NCBI GenBank assembly: GCA_002269645.1
Contig: NIVC01001711.1
Location: 124,001-188,000, forward strand
Length of the DNA: 64,000 nucleotides
Reading direction: 5' to 3'
Source of the DNA: Macrostomum lignano
Lineage: Eukaryota
In this document: positions 47,818 to 60,294 of the stretch, piece by piece
Layout of the letters: every line of letters starts with the position of its first letter
How positions within the stretch are numbered: the stretch's first letter is position 1
The notes under the pieces: generated by a model
The model's input: the letters and a program-made list of their open reading frames with translations, nothing else
Databases searched by the model: none
What the model was told of the DNA's origin: nothing
Translations under genes and position numbers: made by a program

Positions 47818-48204
47818 CGGCTCTCCACGCACTACCCCTCCTGCTACAGGGGCTGCTCTCTGTCCCCAGCTACAGGGCTGCATGCTCACTGTACAGGGCT
47901 GCGTCAGCATCGGGGTTCCCCCAACACTAACCGCGTGCACACGAGTGGGAATCCCCCCGCCGGATGTACACCCCGAGGGAGGCCCACCCCGCTGGAGGTA
48001 CACTCGCTGGACGCCCACCCTGCCGGATGTACACTCGCGGGAGGCCCACCCCGCTGGAGGTACACTCGCTGGACGCCCACCCCGCTGGAGGTACACCCCG
48101 GGGGAGGTGGTACACCCCGAGGGAGCATCTTGCCGCGGTGCTAGAGGCCGACATCAGCCCGACGGACCTTCGCAAAACGCCCGGATCTGCCAGTCCTTAG
48201 TAGT
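47818..48204. repeat. Right TIR of the Maverick (degenerate extension from ~47630)
   Basis: Reverse complement of the left TIR. Confidence 0.92.
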
Positions 48205-48644
48205 AAATAAAGTCTTATAGCAAATCGGTTAGAGTAAAAAGTTATGACATAATCAATTTCTCAGTCAGCCAGTATCAGTGTCAATTTAAGTTAGCAATAT
48301 TGTTACGCAAGTTAAATCAAGTTTTGTGTGCATTTCTTTGGCACTGTTTTCAACTGGTTGTGATGTAATCCTTATCACAATTGGAATTCAGTCAGTTAGT
48401 TTTTTCTCTAGCATTCTTACAATGCATTTCAGGTCGAAAGAGCTGCTTGACCTTTGCAAAAAAGCATGTTTTTCGAATATTTAATCCCTTTAATATTGAG
48501 CGATTTCTTAGCCAAGATGCTTGTACCGTCCCAGGAAAATTTCTGATCGAATGGTGCAAGTTTGAAGAAAATCGGTTGAGCCAATTTTTCTGAAATCAAT
48601 CGCATACCCATATACATACAGACAACTCATTTTAATAAATAGTA

Positions 48645-51124
48645 CTAGCAATCTTCGCCCCCCGTTGGGGGACATCTGGATAGAATCTCTGTTCTCTACA
48701 AGTAACAAAAAGACAGCCAAATAAAGCCTTCACAAAGACAACAGACAAACTGCTCAAATAAAGTGTAATGCAAAAAGAAATCATCCCAAGACAGCAAGCA
48801 TCCCCCAGATAGCAAGCATCCCCCAGATTGCAAGCATCCCCCAGATAGCAAGCATCCCCCAGATAGCAAGCATCCTCCAAATAGCAAGCATCCCCAGATA
48901 GCAAGCATCCCCCAGATAGGAAGCATCTCCCCTCCCGGATAGCAAGCATCCCCCAGATAGCAAGCATCCCCAAATAGTAAGCATCCACCAGACAATAAGT
49001 AGCTAATGCAACAATTTCCTTAGCTCTATAGTGGCTCCTTTAAAATTGGCATGACGCTTAGTTTTACGTTTGAAATTGTGTATCTTTTATGTTTGACATG
49101 GTGGCTCTTTTATGTTCGACATGATGGCTCTTTAATGTTTGACATGAAGTCATATATATGTTAGACATGGTGGCTCTTTAATGTTGGACATGGTGGCTCT
49201 TTAATGTTAGACATGGTGGCTCTTTAATGTTAGACATGGTGGCTCTTTAATGTTCGACATGATGGCTCTTTAATGTTAGACATGGTGGCTCTTTAATGTT
49301 AGACATGGTGGCTCTTTAATGTTCGACATGGTGGCTCTTTAATGTTCGACATGGTGGCTCTAATGTTTTACATGGTGGCTCTTTAATGTTCGACATGGTG
49401 GCTCTTTAATGTTAGACATGGTGGCTGTTTAATTTTTTACGATGGTGGCTCTTTAATGTTCGACATGGTGCCTCTTTAATGTTTGACATGGTGGTCCTTT
49501 TATGTTTGACGTGGTGGCTCTTTTATGTTTGACATGATGGTTCTTTAATGTTTGACATGGAGTCACATATACGTTGAACATGGTGGCTCCTTAATGTTCG
49601 ACATGGTGGCTCTATAATGTTCGACAAGGTGGCACTTTAATGTTCGACATGGTTCCTCTTTCAGGTTTGACATGGTGGTCCTTTTATGTTTTACATGGTG
49701 GCTCTTTTATGTTTGACATGATGGCTCTTTAATGTTTGACATGGAGTCACATATATGTTGGACATGGTGGCTCTTTAATGTTCGACATGGTGGCTCTATA
49801 GTGTTCGACATGGTGGCTCTTTAATGTTCGACATGGTGGCTCTTTAATGTTAGACATGGTGGCTCTTTAATGTTCGACATGGTGGCTCTAATGTTTGACA
49901 TTGTGGCTCTTTAATGTTTGACATGGTGGCTCTTTTATGTTTGACATGGTTGTACTTTTATGTTTGACATGGTGGCTCTTTTATGTTCGACATGATGGCT
50001 TTTTAATGTTTGACATGAAGTCACATATATGTTAGACATGGTGGCTCTTTAATGTTAGACATGGTGGCTCTTTAATGTTAGACATGGTGGCTCTTTAATG
50101 TTAGACATGGTGGCTCTTTAATGTTCGACATGGTGGCTCTTTAATGTTCGACATGGTGGCTCTTTAATGTTCGACATGGTGGCTCTTTATTGTTAGACAT
50201 GGTGGCTCTTTAATGTTCGACATGGTGGCTCTAATGTTTGACATTGTGGCTCTTTAATGTTTGACATGGTGGCTCTTTTATGTTTGACATGGTGCTCCTT
50301 TTATGTTAGACATGGTGGCTCTTTAATGTTCGACATGGTGGCACTTTAATGTTAGACATGGTGGCTCTTTAATGTTCGACATGGTGGCTCTTTAATGTTC
50401 GACATGGTGGCTCTTTAATGTTAGACATGGTGGCTCTTTAATGTTAGTTATGGTGGCTCTTTAATGTTCGACATGGTGGCTCTTTAATGTTTGACATGGT
50501 GGCTCTTTAATGTTTGACATTGTGCTTTTTTGTGTTTAGCATTTTCTGTTTTTAAGCTTTTTGAATAAAAAAATCTTCTTCTTGCACTACTAAGATTCGA
50601 ACCCAGGTCGCTGCATTAGCAGTCCAGTCTGTTTGCATCTATGCCCAATTGTCAATTGGAGAACATGAATTGTGGCCCTAATAATTAAATTCTTATAGCA
50701 AATCGGTTGGAGTAAAAAGTTATGACATAATCAATTTCTCAATCAGCCAGTATCAGTGTCAATTTAAGTTAGCAATATTGTTACGCAATCTAAATCAAGT
50801 TTTGTGTGCATTTCTTTGGCACTGTTTTCAACTGGTTGTGATGTAATCCTTATCACTATTGGAATTCAGTCAGTCAGTTTTTTCTCTAGCATTCTTACAA
50901 TGCATTTCAGGTCGAAAGATCTGCTTGACCTTTGCAAAAAAAGCATGTTTTTCGAATATTTAATCCCTTTAACATTGAGCAATTTCTTAGCCAAGATGCA
51001 TGTACCGTCCCAGGAAAATTTCTGATCGAATGGTGCAAGTTTGAAGAAAATCGGTTGAGCCAATTTTTCTGAAATCAATCGCATACCCATATACATACAG
51101 ACAACTCATTTTTAGTATATAGGA
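48645..51124 (-). mobile_element. Non-autonomous Helitron H3 (23-bp array at 49085-50525)
   Basis: 3' hairpin + CTAG at 48645-48648; canonical 5' TC start TCCTATATACTAAAAATGAG at 51124. Confidence 0.8.
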
Positions 51125-51649
51125 CTAGCCATTTAGCCCCCCGCTGGGGGGCCTAATGTGACGACAACGATTGGTTTTTATTTTGGCCCAAGAGTAACCA
51201 TTAATTTCCATTTCCATTAATCAAAAAATACGTTTTCTGATTTTGGCAAAAATAAATTGCCATGAATCAAAACTTTTACCAGTCAAAAATGTTTCCTTCA
51301 GCCCAAAACCCTATTTCAATCAGCAAATAGTGCTTATCCTTTCAAGGACAAACTCTTAGTGAATATCGTCATTGGCGTGGGCATGTTCTGGTCCGCAGCA
51401 GGAGCTCAATACGCCAATCCCTGACGGCCTTAGACCCATCTTTATTAGCCTAAGTCAAAGAACCATCAACCATTAACCTTCAATAAATACGCCGGTGTTT
51501 CCTATATTTCCTATTAGCAGAAATCAGCATCACTTGCGTGTACTATTTCAATATCTAAATTAAATGAGCTACTTGAGCCGTACTACTTGACAATCTGACA
51601 ATCGCTCAACAATCTAACTCCCTACCCCCAACAATTCAGCCATCCCCCG

Positions 51650-53450
51650 AGCAGCAGTTATACTTAACCCTTGATATCTCAGCAGTTCCCCCAGTAAGCC
51701 TTGGCATCTCAAAAACTTCCTGAGTAGGCCTTAACATCTCAGCAATTTCCCCATTAAGCCTTGGCATCTAAAAAATTTCCTCAGTAAGCCTTGGCATCTA
51801 ATAAGCCTTGAAATCTGAGGAATTCCCCTAGTAAGCCTTGAAATCTAAGCATTCCCCCAGTAAGCCTTGAAATCTCAGCATTCCCCCAGTAAGCCTTGAA
51901 ATCTCAGCATTCCCCCAGTAAGCCTTGAAATCTAAGCATTCCTCCAGTAAGCCTTGAAATCTAAGCATTCCCCAAGAAAGCCTTCACATCTTAGCAATTC
52001 CCAGTAAGACTTGACAACTCATCAATTCCCCCGGAAAGCCTTAACATCTCAGCAGTTCCCCCATTTAGCATCGACATCGCAGCAATTAAACTCGAGCCTT
52101 GACATCTACGCTCTGATTAAGCCTTGACATCCCAACAACCCAACTCCCCTCCCCCAAGAATTCAGCTATCCCCTTATGAGGCTTGAAATCTCAGCAATTT
52201 CTTCATGAGCCTTGTCAACTCAGCGATTCCATCCATGAGCTTTGATATCTTAGCAACTCCCATCTTAGCAAGTCTTTAGTTGATGGCAAGTCCTTCGTTG
52301 ATGGTTAACAGAGTGGTTATTCTATGATTGAACCAAAACTGACCCTAAGCCCCTAACCCTAACTCATAAGTGAGTCTTATCGTGTTAGCATCCCCCATGT
52401 GCCTTGAGCCTCGGATTTAAAATAACTTCCTTATCAGCTTTGAAATCAAAATTTCACCGAAAGCCTTGAACTGTCAGCAATTCCCGAAGAGCCAAAGCAT
52501 ATAACTAATTCGCCCCTTTAATCCTAGCAATTCCTTGATGAATCATTGATGATTGACACGACGATCGCTCTATAATTGAACTCAAACCCTAACCCTTAAC
52601 CTGCAGCCGAGTCACAGCATTTCAGCAACTCCTTCTCAGCTTAAGAATTTCAGCAATTCCCCAATGAGCTTTTGAAATCTTAGCAATTTCCCCATGAGCA
52701 TGAAAATTTAGCGACTAACCTTTTGATATCCTGGCACTTTCACATGAGTCTTATGGTTGAAAACTAACCCTGCAAGTCACAGCATTTCAGCAATTCCCAC
52801 TGTAAACCAAAGCATTTCAACAAATACCCAATGAACCTTGACATTTCGTGAATTTCAGCTATTCGCTTTAGGAGCCTTTGAAATCTCACTCATTCCCCTG
52901 TGAACCTTAGCATCTCAGCAATACCCAAGAGTCACAGCCTACAGCATTACAGGGATCCCCCGTGAGCTTTGAAATCTCAGCTAGTCCCCAATGAGCCTTG
53001 ATATCTCAGCAACTCCTATTTGAGCCACAAAATTTCGGCAAAATGAGCAATTGCAATCACAACAATCCCCCTGGGCATTGAGCCACATTATAATTCGGAT
53101 TTCTCCCCATGAGCCTTGACAACTTAGCAATTCCCCAATGAGTATTTAATGTTAGACAGGCCTATTCATTTATATGGTTTAGGTCTTAATCTTACCCTAA
53201 TAATGTCGGCAATTCCCCCAACAGCCACAGCATTCCAGAAATTATCTCCATGAGCCTTGACAGCAAATAATTTTAATGAGCCTTGATACCTCAGCAATTT
53301 CTCAAATGAACTTTGAAATCAAAGCAATTCTGCCCAGAATCACATCAGTATAGGAATTACCGCTGAGCCATGAGATCTTAGAAATTCTCCCATGAGTCTT
53401 GATATCACAGACATTTCCCATACCATCCCTGACATCTTAGCAATTCACAT
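51650..53450. repeat. Degenerate ~29-30-bp minisatellite (CAGCAATTCCCCATGAGCCTTGAAATCT)
   Basis: Clean copies at 51820-51980, decayed elsewhere. Confidence 0.7.
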
Positions 53451-53574
53451 TGAGTGTTTTATTCTCGATAGACCGCTTCTTTTATGGTTGACATGGTGAT
53501 TCTTTTGTCGCTTTTTCTTGTGTTGAGTTTTCTTCTGTTTAAAGTAGCATTTATTTAAAACTTACAGTGGTTCA

Positions 53575-54355
53575 CCATCACTTTAGCAATGGTTCACCAT
53601 CACTTTAGCAATGGTTTGCCATCACTTTAGCAATAGTTTACCATCACTTTAGCATCTCTTTAGCACTGGTTCACCAGCAGTTTAGCAATGCTTCACCAGC
53701 AGTTTAGCAATGCTTCACCAGCAGTTTAGCAATGCTTCACCAGCAGTTTAGCAATGCTTCACCAGCAGTTTAGCAATGCTTCACCAGCAGTTTAGCAATG
53801 CTTCACCAGCAGTTTAACAATGCTTCACCAGCAGTTTAGCAATGCTTCACCAGCAGTTTAGCAATGCTTCACCAGCAGTTTAGCAATGCTTCACCAGCAG
53901 TTTAGCAATGCTTCACCAGCAGTTTAGCAATGCTTCACCAGCAGTTTAGCAATGCTTCACCAGCAGTTTAGCAATGCTTCACCAGCAGTTTAGCAATGCT
54001 TCACCAGCAGTTTAACAATGCTTCACCAGCAGTTTAGCAATGCTTCACCAGCAGTTTAGCAATGCTTCACCAGCAGTTTAGCAATGCTTCACCAGCAGTT
54101 TAGCAATGCTTCACCAGCAGTTTAGCAATGCTTCACCATCACTTTAGCAATGGTTTGCCATCACTTTAGCAATAGTTTACCATCACTTTAGCAATAGTTT
54201 ACCATCACTTTAGCAATGGTTTACCATCACTTTAGCAATGCTTCACCAGCAGTTTAACAATGCTTCACCAGCAGTTTAACAATGGTTCACCAGCAGTTTA
54301 GCAATGCTTCACCAGCAGTTTAGCAATGCTTCACCAGTAGTTTAGCAATGCTTCA
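53575..54355. repeat. 22-bp minisatellite (AGTTTAGCAATGCTTCACCAGC)
   Basis: About 35 copies, homogeneous core with variant edges. Confidence 0.95.
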
Positions 54356-55670
54356 CCGGCACTGTTCCGCAAAATCTGGGAGCAGATGGCCACTGATCTC
54401 CATATGCTTCTCAATAATCGAAACCATTTGAAATGTTTGCAACTTGCAGTTTAAAATTGATTTGCAATCCTCTTGCATATTTATTACTTCATTGTACGTC
54501 AGATTAGCACTGCTTACCCAGATTAGTAATACCCTTTGCAAATTAGCACTTACAGCAGATTAGCACTGCTCTAGAAGACTAACGCAGCCCCCCCCAGCAA
54601 AAGTATCTTTAAATTTAAGTGTTTAACATCTCCATGAATCTGCATAGGATACAATCATTATTGTCACAGGCCACAAAGATAAATTCGCTGCTTCAATGCA
54701 GGCTCGAACTGCTGACATCAAAGCATTCTGTTTGCTTCTGCTTGATACTGCCTGCCTACTGCGGCTATTGTGCCTATTGACATGTGGTCGAAAAAATCTA
54801 GTTTAGCAACTTCAGCCGTTTGAAGTTAACCCCCAGAAATCGGCATTTCTCCCCACAACAACCTGAAATTATCCTTGCATCTGATCCCGCAAAAAGACTG
54901 CAGTTATTTCTTAGCAGCCGGAATTTATCATCCACTTTGCATTCTACAACTTTTATTAAAATGAAGCGTGTATACCCTCAGCTCATAGAATTGTCCCCTT
55001 AGCAAAAAATATTTCACTTAGCAGCCCGCAATAATCCCCTCAACAACTTGTACTTAATCTTTCACAGTTAATGTCCACTCAAAACTCAATAGTTAGTTAT
55101 TACCTTCAGAAGTCTGCCATTATCCTCTAATTAGTCCGCAGTTTTCCCTCTCAGCAGTCTGCAGCTATACGCTCATACGTCTGGAGGAACTACCTCAGCA
55201 GTTTGCAGTTGCTTCCCTTTTGCAATCAGCAATGATCCCTTCGACAATCTGCAGTTCACAAGTGTTCAATTAACAATTTTAATTTATCCTCTCAGCAGCC
55301 TGCAGTTCTTCTCTCAGCCGGCACCTCAGCTCATCAGGAAACTGCAATTTGCTCAGCATTTTACGGCTCACTAATCAATTTTCGATACATATCGGCAGTC
55401 TTGAAAAGCTCTGCATTTAGCAATACTTTTAAGCATTGTCTGCAGTTTAGTCATTTCGTACTTTTATGGAGCTAGACAATACCCATTGATGGGATCAGTT
55501 ATACTCAAAGCAGTTTTTACAAATGAAATTTGATTAGTGGCTTGTGCCGGGTAGCAAAAAATGAATAGCTAATTAATAAAAAAATGTTTCAATTGAAATT
55601 AATCAAAAAATGTTTTAATTAGTCGAGGCACAAGCTGTAAATTATTGAATTATTTTTATTTTAATTATCC

Positions 55671-55750
55671 GCCGGGGAGGCAGAATCGAACCTTGGACCT
55701 TACGCCTAGCCTAAACCTAGTCCTAGTGCCTACAGTGCGGCTACTCCGCC
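55671..55750 (-). ncRNA. tRNA-derived SINE-like head
   Basis: GGCGGAGTAGCCGCA...GGTTCGATTCTGCC; B box exact. Confidence 0.4.
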
Positions 55751-56665
55751 TATTGATGGGAGGACAACAAAATCAGCAATTTATGCTTCAGAACTTCACT
55801 TAAAATACATAGCAGTGATAGGCTGCTCAGTGTGTAGGCGTGCAGGAGTGAAATCTATAAATAGCAATTTTCTATGCAGCCCGCCAGTCAGAGCCAGAGT
55901 CAGAATGTACACACGCAGCCACTGAGCATTTTTTCTCCTTGCACACTGCAGCCAGTATTGAAGCTTACACACTGGAGAGAGAAAAGTTATGGCGCAATCA
56001 CAATTGGAATTGGAATTCAGCCTGTCAAGAATTCAACCTAGTTTGCCCTCTCATTAAAAGCATTGGGAAAACTCGTTTTTCGAATATTTAATACCGTTAG
56101 CATTAAAGCCGATTAAAGAAATTTTAACTGTCTTCTTTCTAGATAATTACAAATCTTTTGGGGAAAATGCAATTAAAATTGGTCAATCGGTTCGATCTCT
56201 AAGACGTTACACGAATACTAACACAAATTCTCTTCGAGTGAAAGTCACACGAAGCAGCTATGACATAATCAAATACTCAGGCAGTCAGCATCAGTCTCAA
56301 TTAAAGTTAGCAATATGGTTACGCCATTTCTGTCTTTCAACTTGGCACAGTGTTTTCAACTTGTTGTGATGCAATCTATTTTAGAGTTAGAATTCAGTCA
56401 GTCAGTTTTTTCTCTAGCATTTTTACAGCGCATTTCAAGTCGAAAGAGCTGCTTAACCTTTGAAAAAAGCATGTTTTTCGAATATTTAATCCCTTTAGCA
56501 TTGAAGCAGATACAAGAAATTTTAACCATACAATCCCAGGCTGATTAGAAATCTTTTGGCGAAAACGCGATGAAAATCGGTGAAGAATTGCAATCTCTAG
56601 AGCGTTATGGACATTCATTCAAGCATACAAACCTTAGAGATTTAGTATATTTAGAAGATAGAAGA

Positions 56666-58960
56666 CTAGCTAATTAGAGCTGGCTGCCAGCAGCCAGAAT
56701 AATTTTTTTATTGCCCCCCTTTAAGTGGAGCGGAGTGAGTTTTCTTATCAGTTGGCTCTGGCGCAATCAATTAAAATTGACTGTGAAGTTTCTGGCTGAT
56801 AAAATTTGCATTGAAAAAGCCCATTTAAAACAGTTTTTCGAATATTTAATCCCTTTAGCATTGGAGCAGATTAAAGAAATTTTAACCGTCTTCTTTCCAG
56901 ACAATTTTGAATCTTTTGGCGAAAACGCGATCAAAATCGGTGAAGAATTGCTCGCTCTAGAGCGTTATGGACACTCAAGCATACAAACAAATATTAGAGA
57001 TTTAGTATATTTAGACTAGCTAATTAGAGCTGGCTGCCAGCAGCCAGAATAATTTTTTATTGCCCCCCTTTAAGTGGGGTCCAGTGAGTTTTCTTATCAG
57101 TTGGCTCTGGCGCAATCAATTAAGATTGACTGTGAAGTTTCTCGCTGATAAAATTTGCATTGAATTCGCCCATTTAAAACTGTTTTTTCGAATATTTAAT
57201 CCCCTTAGCATTGAAGCAGATACAAGAAATTTTAACCATACAATCCCAGGCTGATTACAAATCTTTTGACGAAAACGCGATGAAAATCGGTGAAGAATTG
57301 CAATCTGTAGAGCGTTATGGACAAGCAAGCAAGCATACAAATATTAGAGATTTAGTATATTTAGAAGATAGACTAGCTAATTAGAGCTGGCTGCCAGCAG
57401 CCAGAATAATTTTTTTATTGCCCCCCTTTAAGTGGAGCGGAGTGAGCTTTCTTATCAGTTGGCTCTGGCGCAATCAATTAAAATTGGCAGTGAAGTTTCT
57501 GGCTGATAAAATTTGCATTGAAAAAGGCCATTTAAAACAGTTTTTCGAATATTTAATCCCTTTAGCATTGAAGCAGATACAAGAAATTTTAACTGTCTTC
57601 TTTCCAGACAATTTTGAATCTTTTGGCGAAAACGCGATCGAAATCGGTGAAGAATTGCGGGCTCTAGAGCGTTATGGACAAGCATTCAAACATACAAACC
57701 TTAGAGATTTAGTATATTTAGAAGACTAGCTAATTAGAGCTGGCTGCCAGCAGCCAGAATAATTTTTTTATTGCCCCCCTTTAAGTGGAGCGGAGTGAGT
57801 TTTCTTATCAGTTGGCTCTGGCGCAATCAATTAAAATTGGCAGTGAAGTTTCTGGCTGATAAAATTTGCATTTAAAAAGGGCATTTAAAACAGTTTTTCG
57901 AAAATTAATCCCTTTAGCATTCAATCAGATACAAGAAATTTTAACTGTATTCTTTCCAGACAATTTTGCATCTTTTGGCGAAAACGCGATCAAAATCGGT
58001 GAAGATAGCTAATTAGAGCTGGCTGCCAGCAGCCAGAATAATTTTTTTATTGCCCCCCTTTAAGTGGAGCGGAGTGAGTTTTCTTATCAGTTGGCTCTGG
58101 CGCAATCAATTAAGATTGACTGTGAAGTTTCTCGCTGATAAAATTTGCATTGAATTCGCCCATTTAAAACTGTTTTTCGAATATTTAATCCCTTTAGCAT
58201 TGAAGCAGATCAAAGAAATTTTAACCGTCTTCTTTCCAGACAATTTTGAATCTTTTGGCGAAAACGCGATGAAAATCGGTGAAGAATTGCAGTCTCTAGA
58301 GCGTTATGGACATTCATTCATTCAAGCATACAAACCTTAGAGATTTAGTATATTTAGAAGATTTAGTATATTTAGACTAGCTAATTAGAGCTGGCTGCCA
58401 GCAGCCAGAATAATTTTTTTATTGCCCCCCTTTATGTGGAGCGGAGTGAGTTTTCTTATCAGTTGGCTCTGGCGCAATCAATTAAAATTGACTGTGAAGT
58501 TTCTGGCTGATAAAATTTGCATTGAAAAAGGCCATTTAAAACAGTTTTTCGAATATTTAATCCCTTTAGCATTGAAGCAGATACAGGAAATTTTAACTGT
58601 CTTCTTTCCAGACAATTTTGAATCTTTTGGCGAAAACACGATCAAAATCGGTGAAGAATTGCAATCTCTAGAGCGTTATGGACAAGCAAGCATTCAAACA
58701 TACAAAGCTTAGAGATTTAGTATATTTAGATTTTGGCGAAAACGCGATCAAAATCGGTCGAGAATTGCGATCTCTAGAGCGTTATGGACAAGCATACAAA
58801 CAAACAAATATTAGAGATTTAGTATATTTAGATTGCAATCTCTAGAGCGTTATGGACAAACATACAAACCTTAGAGATTTAGTATATTTAGAAGATATGG
58901 ACATTCAAGCATACAAACCTTAGAGATTTAGTATATTTAGAAGATTAGATAGAAGATAGA
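56666..58960 (-). mobile_element. Head-to-tail array of ~350-bp non-autonomous Helitrons
   Basis: CTAG junctions at 56666, 57016, 57373, 57726, (58005 truncated), 58377, each with hairpin CTGGCTGCTGGCAGCCAG and followed on the minus strand by TC...TAAATATACTAAATCTC; reiterated 5' ends at 58690-58960. Confidence 0.8.
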
Positions 58961-58976
58961 TGGAAGATATAGGAAA

Positions 58977-60272
58977 ATGAACGACCCACTGACACCAGTT
59001 TTCTATAAGATTAACAAACCCATTTTGAGTGATGACAGCACTATTAAAGCGACACAAGTTAGAGTTCCGAGTCACGAGAACCAGAATGAAACTAATTTGG
59101 GTCCAGGTCAAACGCTGACTTTCACATACAACGGTTGTTCGTCGTTGGTCAGTGTCCACAGTCTAAGGAGCGGCTTCTATATGACGTTTCAATTCAAAAC
59201 TAAAGGAGGCGCAGACGCCGCTCATGCTAATGATGATCTACACAATGCAAATGTCGCACTAACCAGTAATTTCTGGGCTTATATGTTCAAAGAGTTTAAT
59301 GTGTCCAATGGAAGTACAGAGTTGGAAAGAATAGCAAACTTTGGTGTGGTCTATGATACCCAGTGCTTGATTGAGAACCCGGATTTTATTCAGATGGGGA
59401 GCGGTGCTGGATTCATCCCCAATGAACAGACAGGAGATGAGAATGACCCTGGTTACAAAAAGAGAAAGGAGAGATACAACTATGCTCTTGCTGGTGAGAA
59501 CGATGCTGCTAAGAATCCGCTGTTTAGGTCTGTAGATATTTTTGTACCTTTGAGGTTTATGAGTGGTTTCTGTAATAGTTTCAATCGGTTGACAAGCAAC
59601 TTTAGCTACACATTTAGACTGACTAGAGATGATCGGAACAGAGGAATTTGGTCGGGGGCCAATCATACATCGATGGAGATTAAGCTAACTAGCGTGGAGC
59701 TGTACTTAGAAATTATTGAGCCCAAGACTGCACTCAAAGCTGAATACTTGAAGGCGATTGAGAAAGACATTGATGTTGCTTATACAGCTTATATGTGCAG
59801 AGATGAGCGGAATGACGCAAGACACAATATTTGCATTAAAGAAGGCTCCTGTAGCAATCCAAGGTACATTATTGTCACTATGAGGAGTACGACTAATGTA
59901 GGTAGCTATCTACATGGAAACGTTCGATCGATTCAACATGAGATCAGTGACAATTTATACCCTGCATTGCCACAAAATGGGAATTTCTCGGAGAACAAGA
60001 TTAGTAAGTTTTACAATGAACTGTCGGACCTGGCTGTCAAAGAGAATAACGGTATTGTTTTGACAACATTGCAGTATAAAAAACTATATCCAATATTTGG
60101 TGTTGATGTGACTGCTAGACAAATGCCTACAGACAATAGCCCTGTTAACATTGTGACTAATATCGAGCGGAAAGAATTTGGTGCCGCAACGGCTGTTGAT
60201 CTGTTTATTATCTATGCATTTGAGAGGAAAATCAAGGTCAATATGATCAATAACTCGTCTAGTAAAGTTTGA
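58977..60272 (+). CDS. Major capsid protein of a second, different Polinton/Maverick-type element
   Basis: Intact 431-aa beta-rich ORF (VDIFVPLRF..GF, LYPIFGVDVT) followed by a penton-like gene. Confidence 0.75.
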   Translation: MNDPLTPVFYKINKPILSDDSTIKATQVRVPSHENQNETNLGPGQTLTFTYNGCSSLVSVHSLRSGFYMTFQFKTKGGADAAHANDDLHNANVALTSNFWAYMFKEFNVSNGSTELERIANFGVVYDTQCLIENPDFIQMGSGAGFIPNEQTGDENDPGYKKRKERYNYALAGENDAAKNPLFRSVDIFVPLRFMSGFCNSFNRLTSNFSYTFRLTRDDRNRGIWSGANHTSMEIKLTSVELYLEIIEPKTALKAEYLKAIEKDIDVAYTAYMCRDERNDARHNICIKEGSCSNPRYIIVTMRSTTNVGSYLHGNVRSIQHEISDNLYPALPQNGNFSENKISKFYNELSDLAVKENNGIVLTTLQYKKLYPIFGVDVTARQMPTDNSPVNIVTNIERKEFGAATAVDLFIIYAFERKIKVNMINNSSSKV

Positions 60273-60294
60273 ATAATTTTTTTCAATAAAATAA

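Larger units (their letters stand above)
37901..48204 (+). mobile_element. TIR-bounded 10.3-kb Maverick/Polinton (endogenous virus) lacking pPolB
   Basis: Inverted termini ACTACTAAGG...CCTTAGTAGT; integrase, minor and major capsid, adenain-like protease and ATPase all on + strand; TAAAGTC duplicated at 37894-37900 and 48208-48214; empty site visible at 34005-34040. Confidence 0.93.
34455..48644 (-). mobile_element. Non-autonomous Helitron H2, interrupted by the Maverick at 37,900
   Basis: 3' hairpin CCCCCAACGGGGG + CTAG at 34455-34458; sequence either side of the Maverick rejoins to match the empty site at 34005-34040. Confidence 0.78.
51125..56665 (-). mobile_element. Probable composite non-autonomous Helitron H4
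   Basis: 3' end GCCCCCCAGCGGGGGGC hairpin + CTAG at 51125-51128; 5' end TCTTCTATCTTCTAAATATACTAAATC at 56665; continuity of the interior is inferred. Confidence 0.45.

Noticed and set aside
50586-50594. ACTACTAAG identical to the Maverick terminus
   Set aside because: Only 9 nt, also present near 1612, and with no further TIR sequence; probably chance.
56711-58712. Repeated ORFs MPPFKWSGVSFLISWLWRNQL
   Set aside because: They start at TTG inside 350-bp Helitron units, and indels between copies do not preserve frame.
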